In this document: positions 37,392 through 46,757 of the stretch, piece after piece
Numbering within the stretch: the first letter of the stretch is position 1
How the letters are laid out: each line of letters begins with the position of its first letter
Assembly (NCBI GenBank): GCA_048938105.1
Contig: JBHLMN010000019.1
Coordinates: 70,021-134,020 of the forward strand
Length of the DNA: 64,000 nucleotides
Direction: 5' to 3'
From: Promethearchaeota archaeon
GTDB lineage: Archaea > Asgardarchaeota > Heimdallarchaeia > Hodarchaeales > Hodarchaeaceae
Notes under the pieces: generated by a model
What the model saw: only the letters and a program-made list of their open reading frames with translations
The model's database searches: none
Told to the model about the DNA's origin: nothing
Made by a program: the position numbers and the translations under genes

Positions 37392-39293
37392 TTAATTATT
37401 ATTTTTAGGAAAGAATAATCCTTCTGTAAAAAAAGATTGAAACTTTGGAAATCTTGTGAGCTCGAGACGTTCCACGTTTGTTGCAACAATATTAGCTGTT
37501 TTACGAGCATCCATGGACAATAAGAAGGTTCTTCCTCCTTTTTCTGCCGTGTTCCCTTGAATAATGAACTGTTTGTTGGGTAAATTGGGTAATAAGCCTA
37601 CTGTCTTTACGCTATTAATATCCAAATTAGACCCAAATACTCCTGCAATATTAACCGAGTTAATTTCTTCTATTTCTATGTTCAAATGAGTAGTTAATGT
37701 TCGTATAGCTGCAAGTGTTGCTGCTTTTGCTTTCTGGATTGCTTCAATATCTTTTCGTGTCAAATAAATTGCTTGATTTATTGAAGTTTTTTGAGCTGGA
37801 ACAAGTATTAATTTCTTTATTAGCTCGCCTGATTCACTAGAGATCCGTCCTCGATAATCCAATTGGCCATTCTTTAATAATTCCGCTAAAATGTCAACAA
37901 TTCCAGTCCCACAGATTCCTTTTGGTTTAATTGATCCGATAGTTTGATATTGATAATCATGATTCACAATTTTGAATTTTTCAATAGCTCCAGCTATTCC
38001 CCGCATACCACAAGCGATATGTTGTCCTTCAAAAGCACCCCCAGCTGCTACTGATGCAGCATAAAGGTTATTGTCTTTCAGTAGGATTATCTCTGAATTT
38101 GTTCCGAAATCTATAAGTAGATGGATACCATCCTTTTGATCTAAACCTGTGTAAAGAATATCTACTACAGCATCTGATCCGATGAATCCACCTATTAAAG
38201 GTGGCATAGTAATAATGGCATTAGGTAACATATTTAGCGTTTTTTCTTTATCTATATCGTTAATGAAAAACGATAACTCCTTGGAGATGACAGGAACAAA
38301 AGGGGCACGAGATAACCCGTTAATTGGCAAATTTAGGAATAAATGATGCATTACTGAATTACCAACAACAACTATCTCGTAAATATTCTCAGAAGAAGTG
38401 TTTGTGGATGAAGTAAGACTTGTTAATAGCTTTGATATTCCACTAAGGGCCTTATTTTGTAATTGTTGTTGATTTGAAGGAGATACTAAAGCATAGGTCA
38501 AACGAGACATGATGTCTCTACCAAATTCAATTTGTGGATTGATAATTGAATCAGCACTAAGAATATTTCCTGTTTTAAGATCAATTAAAGTGGCTACAAT
38601 AGATGTAGTCCCCACGTCAATAACAGCACCGAGGAGTTGATGCTTCTGTTTCTTTATTTCAATCAGCTGACTATTTTGTCTATCAATAGTGGCAAATATT
38701 TTCTTACTCCCATTTCGTAACATAGGAGCTATTTGAGATAGAATTTCAGGCTTTGTGATAGAGATTGGTTTTGCTGTCATTTCTCCTAGAGCATTTGATA
38801 AGCGTAAAAAATCATCTTGAGCGTTTTTCAGTGTTGGGGGTAGAATTGATAGGTATTGAACGAATAATCTCGGACAGAACGGATAATTCAGCTGATAATT
38901 TCTATAACTATCTTGGATTTTGAATAAGTTGTCTTGATCCTCACTTAAATCTAAAATCGTGAGCTTTAAATCCACTTCTCCTGGAATAACCTGACAAGCT
39001 AAACGGATCCCTTTGTCAGTCGTATCTCCTAGTAACTGTTTTTCAATATTGGTTGGGGGATTTATTCCTTGAAAGGTCCCCAAATCACTTGAAATCTTTA
39101 TCCGGCACTTACCACATTTTCCATTCCCTCTACATAGCGATGTGATTACATTCTTCTCTAGTTTCTCATGAATTTGAGTCAACAAACTGTCTTTACTTGG
39201 AGAAAACCGAACTATTTTATTCAAATTAATGATATGTATGCGAGGAATGCTAATTCCCTTCTGACAGTAGTAAGGATTAACTCTGAATTCCAA
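37392..39293 (-). CDS. ASKHA-domain reductive activator of corrinoid proteins (RACo/DUF4445) with N-terminal 2Fe-2S
   Basis: CRGNGKCGKC...RLACQ, DVGTT, GRDIMSR, GNSVMHHLFL, DFGTNSE, GICGTG, AGVFG, GNTA. Start uncertain. Confidence 0.88.
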   Translation of the reverse strand: MEFRVNPYYCQKGISIPRIHIINLNKIVRFSPSKDSLLTQIHEKLEKNVITSLCRGNGKCGKCRIKISSDLGTFQGINPPTNIEKQLLGDTTDKGIRLACQVIPGEVDLKLTILDLSEDQDNLFKIQDSYRNYQLNYPFCPRLFVQYLSILPPTLKNAQDDFLRLSNALGEMTAKPISITKPEILSQIAPMLRNGSKKIFATIDRQNSQLIEIKKQKHQLLGAVIDVGTTSIVATLIDLKTGNILSADSIINPQIEFGRDIMSRLTYALVSPSNQQQLQNKALSGISKLLTSLTSSTNTSSENIYEIVVVGNSVMHHLFLNLPINGLSRAPFVPVISKELSFFINDIDKEKTLNMLPNAIITMPPLIGGFIGSDAVVDILYTGLDQKDGIHLLIDFGTNSEIILLKDNNLYAASVAAGGAFEGQHIACGMRGIAGAIEKFKIVNHDYQYQTIGSIKPKGICGTGIVDILAELLKNGQLDYRGRISSESGELIKKLILVPAQKTSINQAIYLTRKDIEAIQKAKAATLAAIRTLTTHLNIEIEEINSVNIAGVFGSNLDINSVKTVGLLPNLPNKQFIIQGNTAEKGGRTFLLSMDARKTANIVATNVERLELTRFPKFQSFFTEGLFFPKNNN

Positions 39294-39422
39294 TAGTAGG
39301 TATATTAAATTCTTATCCTTGCCACATTCCCTAAGCTTATTAATCCCTGTTTATAACCTACTGATACGAGCTACTTTTCTCATAAGTAACCCTTCTATTT
39401 TCATATAACAACGGGCAGATAT

Positions 39423-39454
39423 GGGATGAATCGTCCTCAGGACGCGTTCATCCC
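39423..39454. other. GC-rich intergenic hairpin
   Basis: GGGATGAA-t-CGTCC-tca-GGACG-cg-TTCATCCC in an AT-rich intergenic region between divergent genes. Confidence 0.6.
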
Positions 39455-39548
39455 CCAATTCTAACTTAAAATAATGTTATTTATAAGCTAATCACTGATT
39501 GGTTTTTCATTGCTATTTTAATTGAAAAAAGAAGAGGAATTTAGTCAC

Positions 39549-39833
39549 ATGCCAAAGAAAGGGGAAATTAAAGAGTGGTTTTCATGGATTCAATATGGAT
39601 TAGAGAATGATCAAGAATTCTCAATCATTTTTCGAGATTTTAATGAGTACATCGAACTTTCCTTTGTAGAATTTATGGAGCGGCGACGAATAGATAATAT
39701 TCCATTACATCGGATTTCTCAGATACGAAAACGAGGGATCCCAGTCTTTACGAGACCAAATTTTTGCTCTACTTGTGGTAATCCGCTAAGAGTAGATAAA
39801 TGTCAAAACAAACAATGTCCTAGGTCTAAATAA
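39549..39833 (+). CDS. DUF504 (MJ1316-like RNA-repair-associated) protein with C-terminal Zn ribbon
   Basis: W..Y...F.I.FRD...IPLHRI.QIR..G pattern, then CSTC...C..C. Start set at ATG 39549. Confidence 0.65.
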   Translation: MPKKGEIKEWFSWIQYGLENDQEFSIIFRDFNEYIELSFVEFMERRRIDNIPLHRISQIRKRGIPVFTRPNFCSTCGNPLRVDKCQNKQCPRSK

Positions 39834-40028
39834 ATTAAATAGGATTTCATTGCGAAAATTTAAAGATTACGTAATCATTAGTTTTCTTGACCTTGCAAAA
39901 ATTACTTTTAGCTGGAATATTACTTCCACTATCTTTATCTTTAAAATATAAAGCAATATGATTGTACATATTGCGCAATAGTGTTCGAAAAAAGAATTGA
40001 AACCCCTTATCACAAGAGGGACGCTAAG

Positions 40029-40961
40029 ATGGAAACAGAAATAATCACCACAGATTTATTAACAAAATATTATGGAAAAATTCGGGGTATTGAAGATATT
40101 TCGGTGAGAATTCCGAGTGGTGGAGTTGGATTTCTCGGACCAAATGCTGCAGGGAAGACTACTCTTATTCGGACGTTACTTGGTATTATTCGACCAACAC
40201 GGGGTAGTGCACACGTGCTAGGGTATGACATTCGCCATGAGATTAATGAGGTTCGAGACAGAATTGGATATGTGCCAGAGTTTAACACTTCTTTCATTCC
40301 TGATACGACCGCTATGAATTTCGTGGCATTTTGCGGACGGATGAATGGTTTATCTTATCCAGAAAGTAAACAACGAGCAAGTGATTCATTATTTTATGTT
40401 GGGCTGGGAGAAGAGCGCTATAGGAAACTTGACACATTTTCTCTTGGAATGAAACAAAAGGTAAAATTAGCTATTGCTCTAGTGCATGATCCAGAAATAA
40501 TCATTTGTGATGAACCAACCAACGGACTTGATCCATCTGGACGTGTGCAGATGCTTGAGTTGATTCGAAATTTGCAGACTGATGAAGGGAAGAATGTCAT
40601 TCTTAGTTCCCATCTCCTTCGTGACGTAGAGCAAACCACTGATTATGCATTGGTAATATCGGAGGGAAAAATCCTCGCCCAAGGAAATATTAAGGAGTTA
40701 ACAGCTAATAAGCGTTCAACAGTGAGTGTGAAAGTGAAATCAAGGCGAGATGACTTCCTAGAAGCACTTGAAGGCAATGGAATGAATGTATGGACTGATG
40801 GAGCTTTTATTGAGGTTGAGAAAACTCCTGGCGTTGAAAGGATGATTTTTGCAACAGCTAATAAGGTAGGAGTTGATATCAGATATTTAGGGAGTCGATC
40901 GAGAAGCTTAGAGGATGTATTTGTGAGTTTATTTCAAGAACAGGAGGTTCAAGTTCATTGA
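40029..40961 (+). CDS. ABC-2 type transporter ATP-binding protein
   Basis: GPNAAGKTT, FSLGMKQK, DEPTNGLDP, SSH. Confidence 0.92.
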   Translation: METEIITTDLLTKYYGKIRGIEDISVRIPSGGVGFLGPNAAGKTTLIRTLLGIIRPTRGSAHVLGYDIRHEINEVRDRIGYVPEFNTSFIPDTTAMNFVAFCGRMNGLSYPESKQRASDSLFYVGLGEERYRKLDTFSLGMKQKVKLAIALVHDPEIIICDEPTNGLDPSGRVQMLELIRNLQTDEGKNVILSSHLLRDVEQTTDYALVISEGKILAQGNIKELTANKRSTVSVKVKSRRDDFLEALEGNGMNVWTDGAFIEVEKTPGVERMIFATANKVGVDIRYLGSRSRSLEDVFVSLFQEQEVQVH

Positions 40962-41968
40962 AAGAATCAGTTACAAGTTCAGATGCTTATGTCAAAAAAT
41001 TTGCATTTCGACCTTTTGATGGTGTTCGCCGTGGGCGCATTTATAGGTTAGTAGCTATTGCCTGGCAGTGGTGGATTCATGAATGGAAACGTTCTAAGGC
41101 TGTTAAATTTCTAATAGGGTTTCTTATATTTACTTTTGTGTTAATGAATATGTTTCTACTCTCTATGAAAGAATATATGCTTTTGCCTGACCCGATAACT
41201 GGTGAAGCTCTTACTACTAATGATTTATTGGAAGATAATCTTTTAACAATGGTGAGGGGTATAGTTAGTTTCGGAATATCCTTTTTTGTTGAAACTGGAG
41301 ATGGTGGGACACAAGCCCAATTTAACTTTGGTGGTACCAGTATCTTTGTACTCATTCTCCTAGTTATTGTTGGGTCAGGGCTCATAGCTGACGATGTTTC
41401 CAATCAAACAACTGAAATATATTATAGTAAGTTAGAAAAACATGAATATGTACTGGGTAAATTTTTAGCATTCTTTATTTTTGGGAATATAGTACTTACG
41501 TTACCTTATGTCTTTGAATTCTTCTTGTTAGTAGTTGGTCTTGGAAACATTGATCTTTTAGCTGCCCTTCCAGTTTTAGTTCATGTGATTGTTTTTACTG
41601 AAATTATAACAATTACCTATTCAGCAATCATTCTTGCTTTTTCATCCCTTACAAATCGAAGATTATATGCTGGATTAACAACTTTCATGCTTATCTTCAC
41701 TATTAACATGATTATCTCTTCCTTAGCAGTTTCAGGAGGCGAGGCTGGTTTCGAAATATTATTCGATGTGTTAACTGTACTGTTATTAACATCCTACATA
41801 TTAACTGGAACAACTACAGTCGAATATTACTCTTTTAGAGGCCTTCAGTCATTAAATTTGTTTGATGGTGTTGGTATTGAAGCTTGGATGGTACTAGGAG
41901 CGTTAGGTCTCTTTATTTTATTTGGTTTTCTTATTGTTGTCGTTCAGGTCTGGAGACACTCAAAATGA
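40958..41968 (+). CDS. ABC-2 transporter permease
   Basis: Multi-TM; LIADD...IYYSKL...YVLGK motif; overlaps both neighbouring ATPase genes by 4 nt. Confidence 0.85.
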   Translation: MKESVTSSDAYVKKFAFRPFDGVRRGRIYRLVAIAWQWWIHEWKRSKAVKFLIGFLIFTFVLMNMFLLSMKEYMLLPDPITGEALTTNDLLEDNLLTMVRGIVSFGISFFVETGDGGTQAQFNFGGTSIFVLILLVIVGSGLIADDVSNQTTEIYYSKLEKHEYVLGKFLAFFIFGNIVLTLPYVFEFFLLVVGLGNIDLLAALPVLVHVIVFTEIITITYSAIILAFSSLTNRRLYAGLTTFMLIFTINMIISSLAVSGGEAGFEILFDVLTVLLLTSYILTGTTTVEYYSFRGLQSLNLFDGVGIEAWMVLGALGLFILFGFLIVVVQVWRHSK

Positions 41969-42885
41969 TTGAACTACATGAAGTTTCAAGATCGTTTGGA
42001 GATGTTGTCGCTCTCTCTCGGTTAAGTATGACAGCAACGGACGGTCACGTCACAGGCTTTCTTGGACCAAACGGTGCAGGTAAATCCACAACATTAAAAC
42101 TCATTATGGGAGAAATTCGTCCTGATACAGGAATAGTCAGAGTATTTGATGAAAATCCTATCAATAATGCTGAACTAAAAAGGCGAATTGGCTATGTATC
42201 GGAACATGAAGATCTGTATCCTTGGATGAAAGGAAAGCAATTTGTTACCTCTTTAGCTAAGCTAATTCTTCCCCGTGAGCAGGCAGAAGCAGCCGCCAAG
42301 GAGGCTCTACAGAAAGTAGGTCTCAATGTTAAAGGAAAACGTGTTAAATCTTACTCGAAAGGTATGAAGCAGCGCTTGAAAGTTGCAGCAGCTATTGTTC
42401 ATAATCCTGACCTACTAATTCTGGATGAACCTTTTGGCGGACTTGATCCATTAGGTCGGCGGGAAATGAAAAAACTCGTCTCGGAATTGAATAATGAAGG
42501 TGTTACTATCTTAATCTCTAGTCATATTTTGTATGAGCTTGATGAAATGAGTACAAGAATGGTCTTAATTCATAGGGGACAGGCATTAGCAGAAGGACCC
42601 CCAGAAGAAGTTCTCAACCTTATTGATCAATTTCCCCATCAAATTTTATTCCGTGCTCCACGTACTGAATTACAAACGCTTTCTAAACTTTTGATTGAAG
42701 AGAATATCATTAAAACTATATCTTTTCCATCAGATGAAACAAAAAATGATCTTATAGTAACTACAGATACTCCCAGTAAGTTTTATCCAATCGTCACACA
42801 AGTAATTGCAGAAAATGGGCTTCAAATAAACCATTTAGAAAGCCAAACCGATAATATAGAAGCAATTTTTGATTTCTTAACATAA
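41965..42885 (+). CDS. ABC-2 type transporter ATP-binding protein
   Basis: GPNGAGKST, YSKGMKQR, LDEPFGGLDP, SSH. Start set at ATG 41965. Confidence 0.92.
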   Translation: MIELHEVSRSFGDVVALSRLSMTATDGHVTGFLGPNGAGKSTTLKLIMGEIRPDTGIVRVFDENPINNAELKRRIGYVSEHEDLYPWMKGKQFVTSLAKLILPREQAEAAAKEALQKVGLNVKGKRVKSYSKGMKQRLKVAAAIVHNPDLLILDEPFGGLDPLGRREMKKLVSELNNEGVTILISSHILYELDEMSTRMVLIHRGQALAEGPPEEVLNLIDQFPHQILFRAPRTELQTLSKLLIEENIIKTISFPSDETKNDLIVTTDTPSKFYPIVTQVIAENGLQINHLESQTDNIEAIFDFLT

Positions 42886-43790
42886 TTTAGTCTAGGTGTA
42901 ATGTAAATGAGTTTAAATGTAATAGAAACCCCTTATACCCCCTCCATCTTGACAAGAATTATCTTTTTAGGACAGATATTTCTTACTAAAGTCTTATACG
43001 ATAAAAAGACCTACATCTTAATCTTCGTAAGTATTCTTCCCCTCTTACCCTACATTAATAATACAACTGTTAGTACGAGTGACTATGTTGATATAATCGT
43101 TATAGGTCAAGAAACAAACATTTTTAACTTTTTAATTTTGCCTCTTATCTGTCTAATTTTAGGAATATCCGCTGTTTCGGATGAAAAAGAGAATAAGACG
43201 ATTAGTCAGCTATTATCAAGACCAATTACAAGAGAAGAGATAGTACTAGTTAAATGGATCTCGATTCTTGTAATTGGGATCATGATCGCTTGCTTAGATG
43301 TTTTAATAATCTATTTAGGGCTGTGTGTCATTGTTAACGATTATTCATTCTTATTTGATCGATTGGATGTTCTTTTTGGGGCATGGTTTTTCGTAAGTCT
43401 GTGGGTTGCTGTTTATAGTACGATATTTCTACTCTTGGGAATACTTATTGATAAAAACGCTCTGGGATGGGGATTAGCAATTGCTTATTTCGAGGTTTTC
43501 TTCGCACAATTTATCTTTGGGCCATTCACAGGCGGTGAAAATAGTCCCTATTCCATTGCAAACCATATCTATTATGTTACCGCAGAATATTTTTTAGTAG
43601 ATTATTTTACCTTTAATATCCCTGATTTTGAGCCTTTAATTTCGCTTATAATATGTATCGCTTTGATAGTTGGATTCTTACTCCTCTCTATGGTTACAAT
43701 GCGTAGAAAAGATTTCCCGTAACTATGGTTTGATAGACTCATTCTTTATCCAAATAACAAAGTGAGTCATTTTTGATTTCTTAACATAAT
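42865..43790 (+). repeat. 22-bp exact direct repeat ATTTTTGATTTCTTAACATAAT (42865-42886 and 43769-43790)
   Basis: The 3' end of the ATPase gene recurs upstream of permease copy 2; each copy ends 20 nt before a permease ATG. Confidence 0.85.
42907..43722 (+). CDS. ABC-2 transporter permease (copy 1)
   Basis: SDEKENKTISQLLSRPI.REEIVLVKW, 6 TM. Confidence 0.88.
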   Translation: MSLNVIETPYTPSILTRIIFLGQIFLTKVLYDKKTYILIFVSILPLLPYINNTTVSTSDYVDIIVIGQETNIFNFLILPLICLILGISAVSDEKENKTISQLLSRPITREEIVLVKWISILVIGIMIACLDVLIIYLGLCVIVNDYSFLFDRLDVLFGAWFFVSLWVAVYSTIFLLLGILIDKNALGWGLAIAYFEVFFAQFIFGPFTGGENSPYSIANHIYYVTAEYFLVDYFTFNIPDFEPLISLIICIALIVGFLLLSMVTMRRKDFP

Positions 43791-43810
43791 CTTACATATG
43801 TGAAAAAGAA

Positions 43811-44626
43811 ATGAGTTTAAACGTTTTAAAAGCCCCATATTCTCCTTCTATTTGGGCTAAAGGCATTTACTTAGGACAGATATTCTTTGGAAAGGTTCTT
43901 TCAGATAAAAAAACTTATATTCTGATCTTTGTAGGTGTTCTACCCATTATACCATTCATTAACGAATCAACTCTTACTGTATATGACTTCGTGGAAATAG
44001 TCACAATAAAAGACGACTCTAGAACATTAATCTTTAATTTCTTGATCTTACCTCTCATTTGTTTGATATTAGGAATTTCTGCTATCTCGGATGAAAAGGA
44101 AAATAAAACGATTAGTCAATTATTATCAAGGCCTATTAAGAGGGAAGAAATAGTATTGGTTAAGTGGATTACAGTGCTTGTTATAGGGATTATTATCGCT
44201 TGTTTAGACACATTAATCATTTATGCTGGATTATGTATATTAATTAATGATTTCACAATTTTTCATCTTGATGTTTTGTTTGGAGTATGGTTATATGTAG
44301 CTTTGTGGGTTACAGTTTATAGTACGATATTTCTGTTTTTGGGGATAATAATTGACAAAAATGCTACTGGTTGGGGTTTAGCTATTGCATATTTCGAAGC
44401 ATTCTTTGGACAGTTTATATTTGGGCCGGTAGCCAATGGTGGAAATAGCGTATATTCTATTTCAAACCAATTATATTTTGTCACATCAGAGTATTTCTTA
44501 GCAGATTACTTTACCTTTAATATCCCTGACTTTGAGCCCTTAGTCTCGCTTATAATCTGTATCTTTTTAATAGTTGGATTCTTACTCCTCTCTATGGTTA
44601 CAATGCGTAGGAAAGATTTTCCCTAA
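43811..44626 (+). CDS. ABC-2 transporter permease (copy 2, tandem paralog)
   Basis: Same length (271 aa) and motifs as copy 1; identical C-terminus GFLLLSMVTMRRKDFP. Confidence 0.88.
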   Translation: MSLNVLKAPYSPSIWAKGIYLGQIFFGKVLSDKKTYILIFVGVLPIIPFINESTLTVYDFVEIVTIKDDSRTLIFNFLILPLICLILGISAISDEKENKTISQLLSRPIKREEIVLVKWITVLVIGIIIACLDTLIIYAGLCILINDFTIFHLDVLFGVWLYVALWVTVYSTIFLFLGIIIDKNATGWGLAIAYFEAFFGQFIFGPVANGGNSVYSISNQLYFVTSEYFLADYFTFNIPDFEPLVSLIICIFLIVGFLLLSMVTMRRKDFP

Positions 44627-44641
44627 CAACAGTTCGATGAT

Positions 44642-45451
44642 CTATTCATCGAAGTTCTTTTCCCTTTTTCCTAAATAGGAAAAAGAGTTATGTAAGATAA
44701 TTTGCTGTAATTCATTTCTATTATGATTGGCTAGATCTGCAATAAGGTCAACAACTTCTGGAATCATTCCAGGGTGCCCCACACACCCTTGATACTTAAC
44801 ATTTCCGTCCGATTCAGTTAATAATCGGTCGAGAGGTACCATTTTAGGAACTATTTGATGTTTTGAATAACTTAAAGCTGGACTGCAAGAAAAGTAGCAA
44901 TCAAGATCCACAAGTTTCTTTAAAATCTTAGTTGGACCGGAGTACCAATGAATACAACAATTCTTACCTGGAAGAGTTCTTGTTTCTATGTAATTAGCAA
45001 TCTCTGCTTCTGCTCCTTTAACATGGAGCATAAGTCGGAGTTCTCGTTTTTCTGCTTGTGTGAAAAAGAAATCTAACACTTTCTTTTGAAAAGAGTATTT
45101 TTCCTTATGTTTTATGAAACGATAATCTAATCCAATCTCACCTAGGATTCTAATTTCCTTGTATCTTGAAAGCAATTGGTCAAAATCTCGTAGTTCATCC
45201 TGTTTTTCATAAGCTTTCCAAGGGTGAATTCCAATAGCAGGAATAATTTGGGAATATTTTTTCGAAAGCTCAATGGAACGGAGAGATTCCGCATAATTTT
45301 GGCTAACTGAGACCACATGTATAACACCCTGTTGATACCACTGTATAATGTAATTATTAATGTCTTTAAAGAAATAATTATCAGGTAGATGACAATGGAC
45401 ATCAATATAGGATTCTGACTTTGTTATTGGCTTACGTTTTGTCATTGGCAT
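44642..45451 (-). CDS. tatD: TatD family nuclease
   Basis: DVHCH, GIHPW, GEIGLDY, LH, HWY, LLTESD. Confidence 0.9.
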   Translation of the reverse strand: MPMTKRKPITKSESYIDVHCHLPDNYFFKDINNYIIQWYQQGVIHVVSVSQNYAESLRSIELSKKYSQIIPAIGIHPWKAYEKQDELRDFDQLLSRYKEIRILGEIGLDYRFIKHKEKYSFQKKVLDFFFTQAEKRELRLMLHVKGAEAEIANYIETRTLPGKNCCIHWYSGPTKILKKLVDLDCYFSCSPALSYSKHQIVPKMVPLDRLLTESDGNVKYQGCVGHPGMIPEVVDLIADLANHNRNELQQIILHNSFSYLGKREKNFDE

Positions 45452-45454
45452 CTG

Positions 45455-45985
45455 TCATGTCCATTTTGACTGTAATACTAAATCACTATAAGAACTAGAG
45501 ATCAAATCTTCCTCAGATACTCCAATAAGTTCAAGATAAAAATGGCATTGTTCCTGTAGTTTTTCTATTCCGATTATTCCCTCATGATCGATAGCTTCAA
45601 CCTCAATGAAAGAGCCTAAATTCTCTATTGTATCAACATGAAACTTCACATTCTCTATGTAATAAATTGCTCTTTTTTTCTCTACTATTACGAGAACACC
45701 TAAAGATTTCGTTAAGATTTCTTTTAAGGAAGAAGATGAATTAGAATTAAGAGGAAAAAGACTCACATTAGATTGTTTTGGCTTTCTCGTGTCTATTCTC
45801 TCATAATAGATCAAAGCATTCTCGATTGTGCCTTCTCTAATTTTCATTCTTCCCGAATTCACTTTAAAGTAAGTATCTACTTGGTAGTCTGTACCTTTAT
45901 AATCAGCATTTCTTGAAATAAGGATTTTTTTAATTTTACCAGTATTAGAACACTTTGCTTTAAATTCTATATTTCTATGAACCAT
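45455..45985 (-). CDS. CYTH domain protein (class IV adenylate cyclase-like)
   Basis: NIEFKA, QVDTYF, KIRE, V.KKR, H.D..ENLG.FIEVE, SYSDL. Confidence 0.88.
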   Translation of the reverse strand: MVHRNIEFKAKCSNTGKIKKILISRNADYKGTDYQVDTYFKVNSGRMKIREGTIENALIYYERIDTRKPKQSNVSLFPLNSNSSSSLKEILTKSLGVLVIVEKKRAIYYIENVKFHVDTIENLGSFIEVEAIDHEGIIGIEKLQEQCHFYLELIGVSEEDLISSSYSDLVLQSKWT

Positions 45986-46166
45986 TGGAATTCTTTCTTA
46001 GATGTTCTTGGGATTAATATAAAGGACTCTTATGTGATTTATTCTAAACATCAATTAGGGTTTCCATCTAGATATCTTTTTTTAGAATAAATAAAAACGA
46101 CTTAAAAGGAGAATAATAAGTATAGATCATTCTATTCATTTCCAAAAGGTGGGGTTAGCCTTAGTA

Positions 46167-46544
46167 ATGCTTATGGTTTATCTTAGAACGACTTCATTAC
46201 GTAGAACGTTTGCTAGATACCTGTCTCAGTATCCTGACCTCTTTGCAGGCAAGCTAGTTGAAGGATTATTTCTCATGAAGAATACTGGAAGAAGTATGGC
46301 CTTAATTTTACCTGAAATGCAAAAACATAAGGGGAACATTGAAGTATCAATAGTTGAACCGCTACGAATTGAAGATTTATTGGAAGATTCAGAGCTAGGA
46401 AGGATGGCCTCTTGGCTGAAGGACAAAAACCGAGTACAAAAAATATTGCAAAACAAAAAAGAGGAGAAGCTTCCAGAGAATATAGGACAACTTCTTCAAC
46501 AAGTAACAAGGAAACGTTTCTCTGTTCAGTGGAAACTCACCTAA
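46167..46544 (+). CDS. Hypothetical protein, first gene of SMC-like operon
   Basis: ~125-aa ORF co-oriented with the SMC-like gene; ATG at 46167 (ORF track uses GTG 46149). Confidence 0.6.
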   Translation: MLMVYLRTTSLRRTFARYLSQYPDLFAGKLVEGLFLMKNTGRSMALILPEMQKHKGNIEVSIVEPLRIEDLLEDSELGRMASWLKDKNRVQKILQNKKEEKLPENIGQLLQQVTRKRFSVQWKLT

Positions 46545-46583
46545 TTTTGAAGAAAAAGAATCAAACTTTCGGAGGATGCTCTC

Positions 46584-46757
46584 TTGGTTAATAAAAAGTC
46601 AAATAATAAAGTATTTTTTCTTCATTCAGCTGAAACTGAGTTGGTTGATTATCTTAAACAGCTTAGCTCTTTACCAGCAGAATCTTCAAAGAAAGAAGAG
46701 GATTTGTTAAATATTCTTCAAAAATACGTAAAGAAATGGCGAGGGGTTAAGAAATGA
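46584..46757 (+). CDS. Small (57 aa) hypothetical protein, not in ORF track
   Basis: GGAGG at 46571-46575, 8 nt before TTG 46584; reads MVNKKSNNKVFFLHSAETELVDYLKQLSSLPAESSKKEEDLLNILQKYVKKWRGVKK; its TGA overlaps the SMC-like ATG (ATGA, 46754-46757). Confidence 0.6.
   Translation: MVNKKSNNKVFFLHSAETELVDYLKQLSSLPAESSKKEEDLLNILQKYVKKWRGVKK

Noticed and set aside
39294-39520. Cobalamin riboswitch upstream of the corrinoid activator
   Set aside because: No B12-box or GCCACTG-type conserved elements in the right arrangement on the minus strand; only an unrelated hairpin.
46149-46757. The 131-aa ORF and downstream 57-aa ORF are in the same frame; possible readthrough or a broken single gene
   Set aside because: Two different stops (TAA then TGA) separate them and the second ORF has its own GGAGG and TTG, so two genes is the simpler reading.
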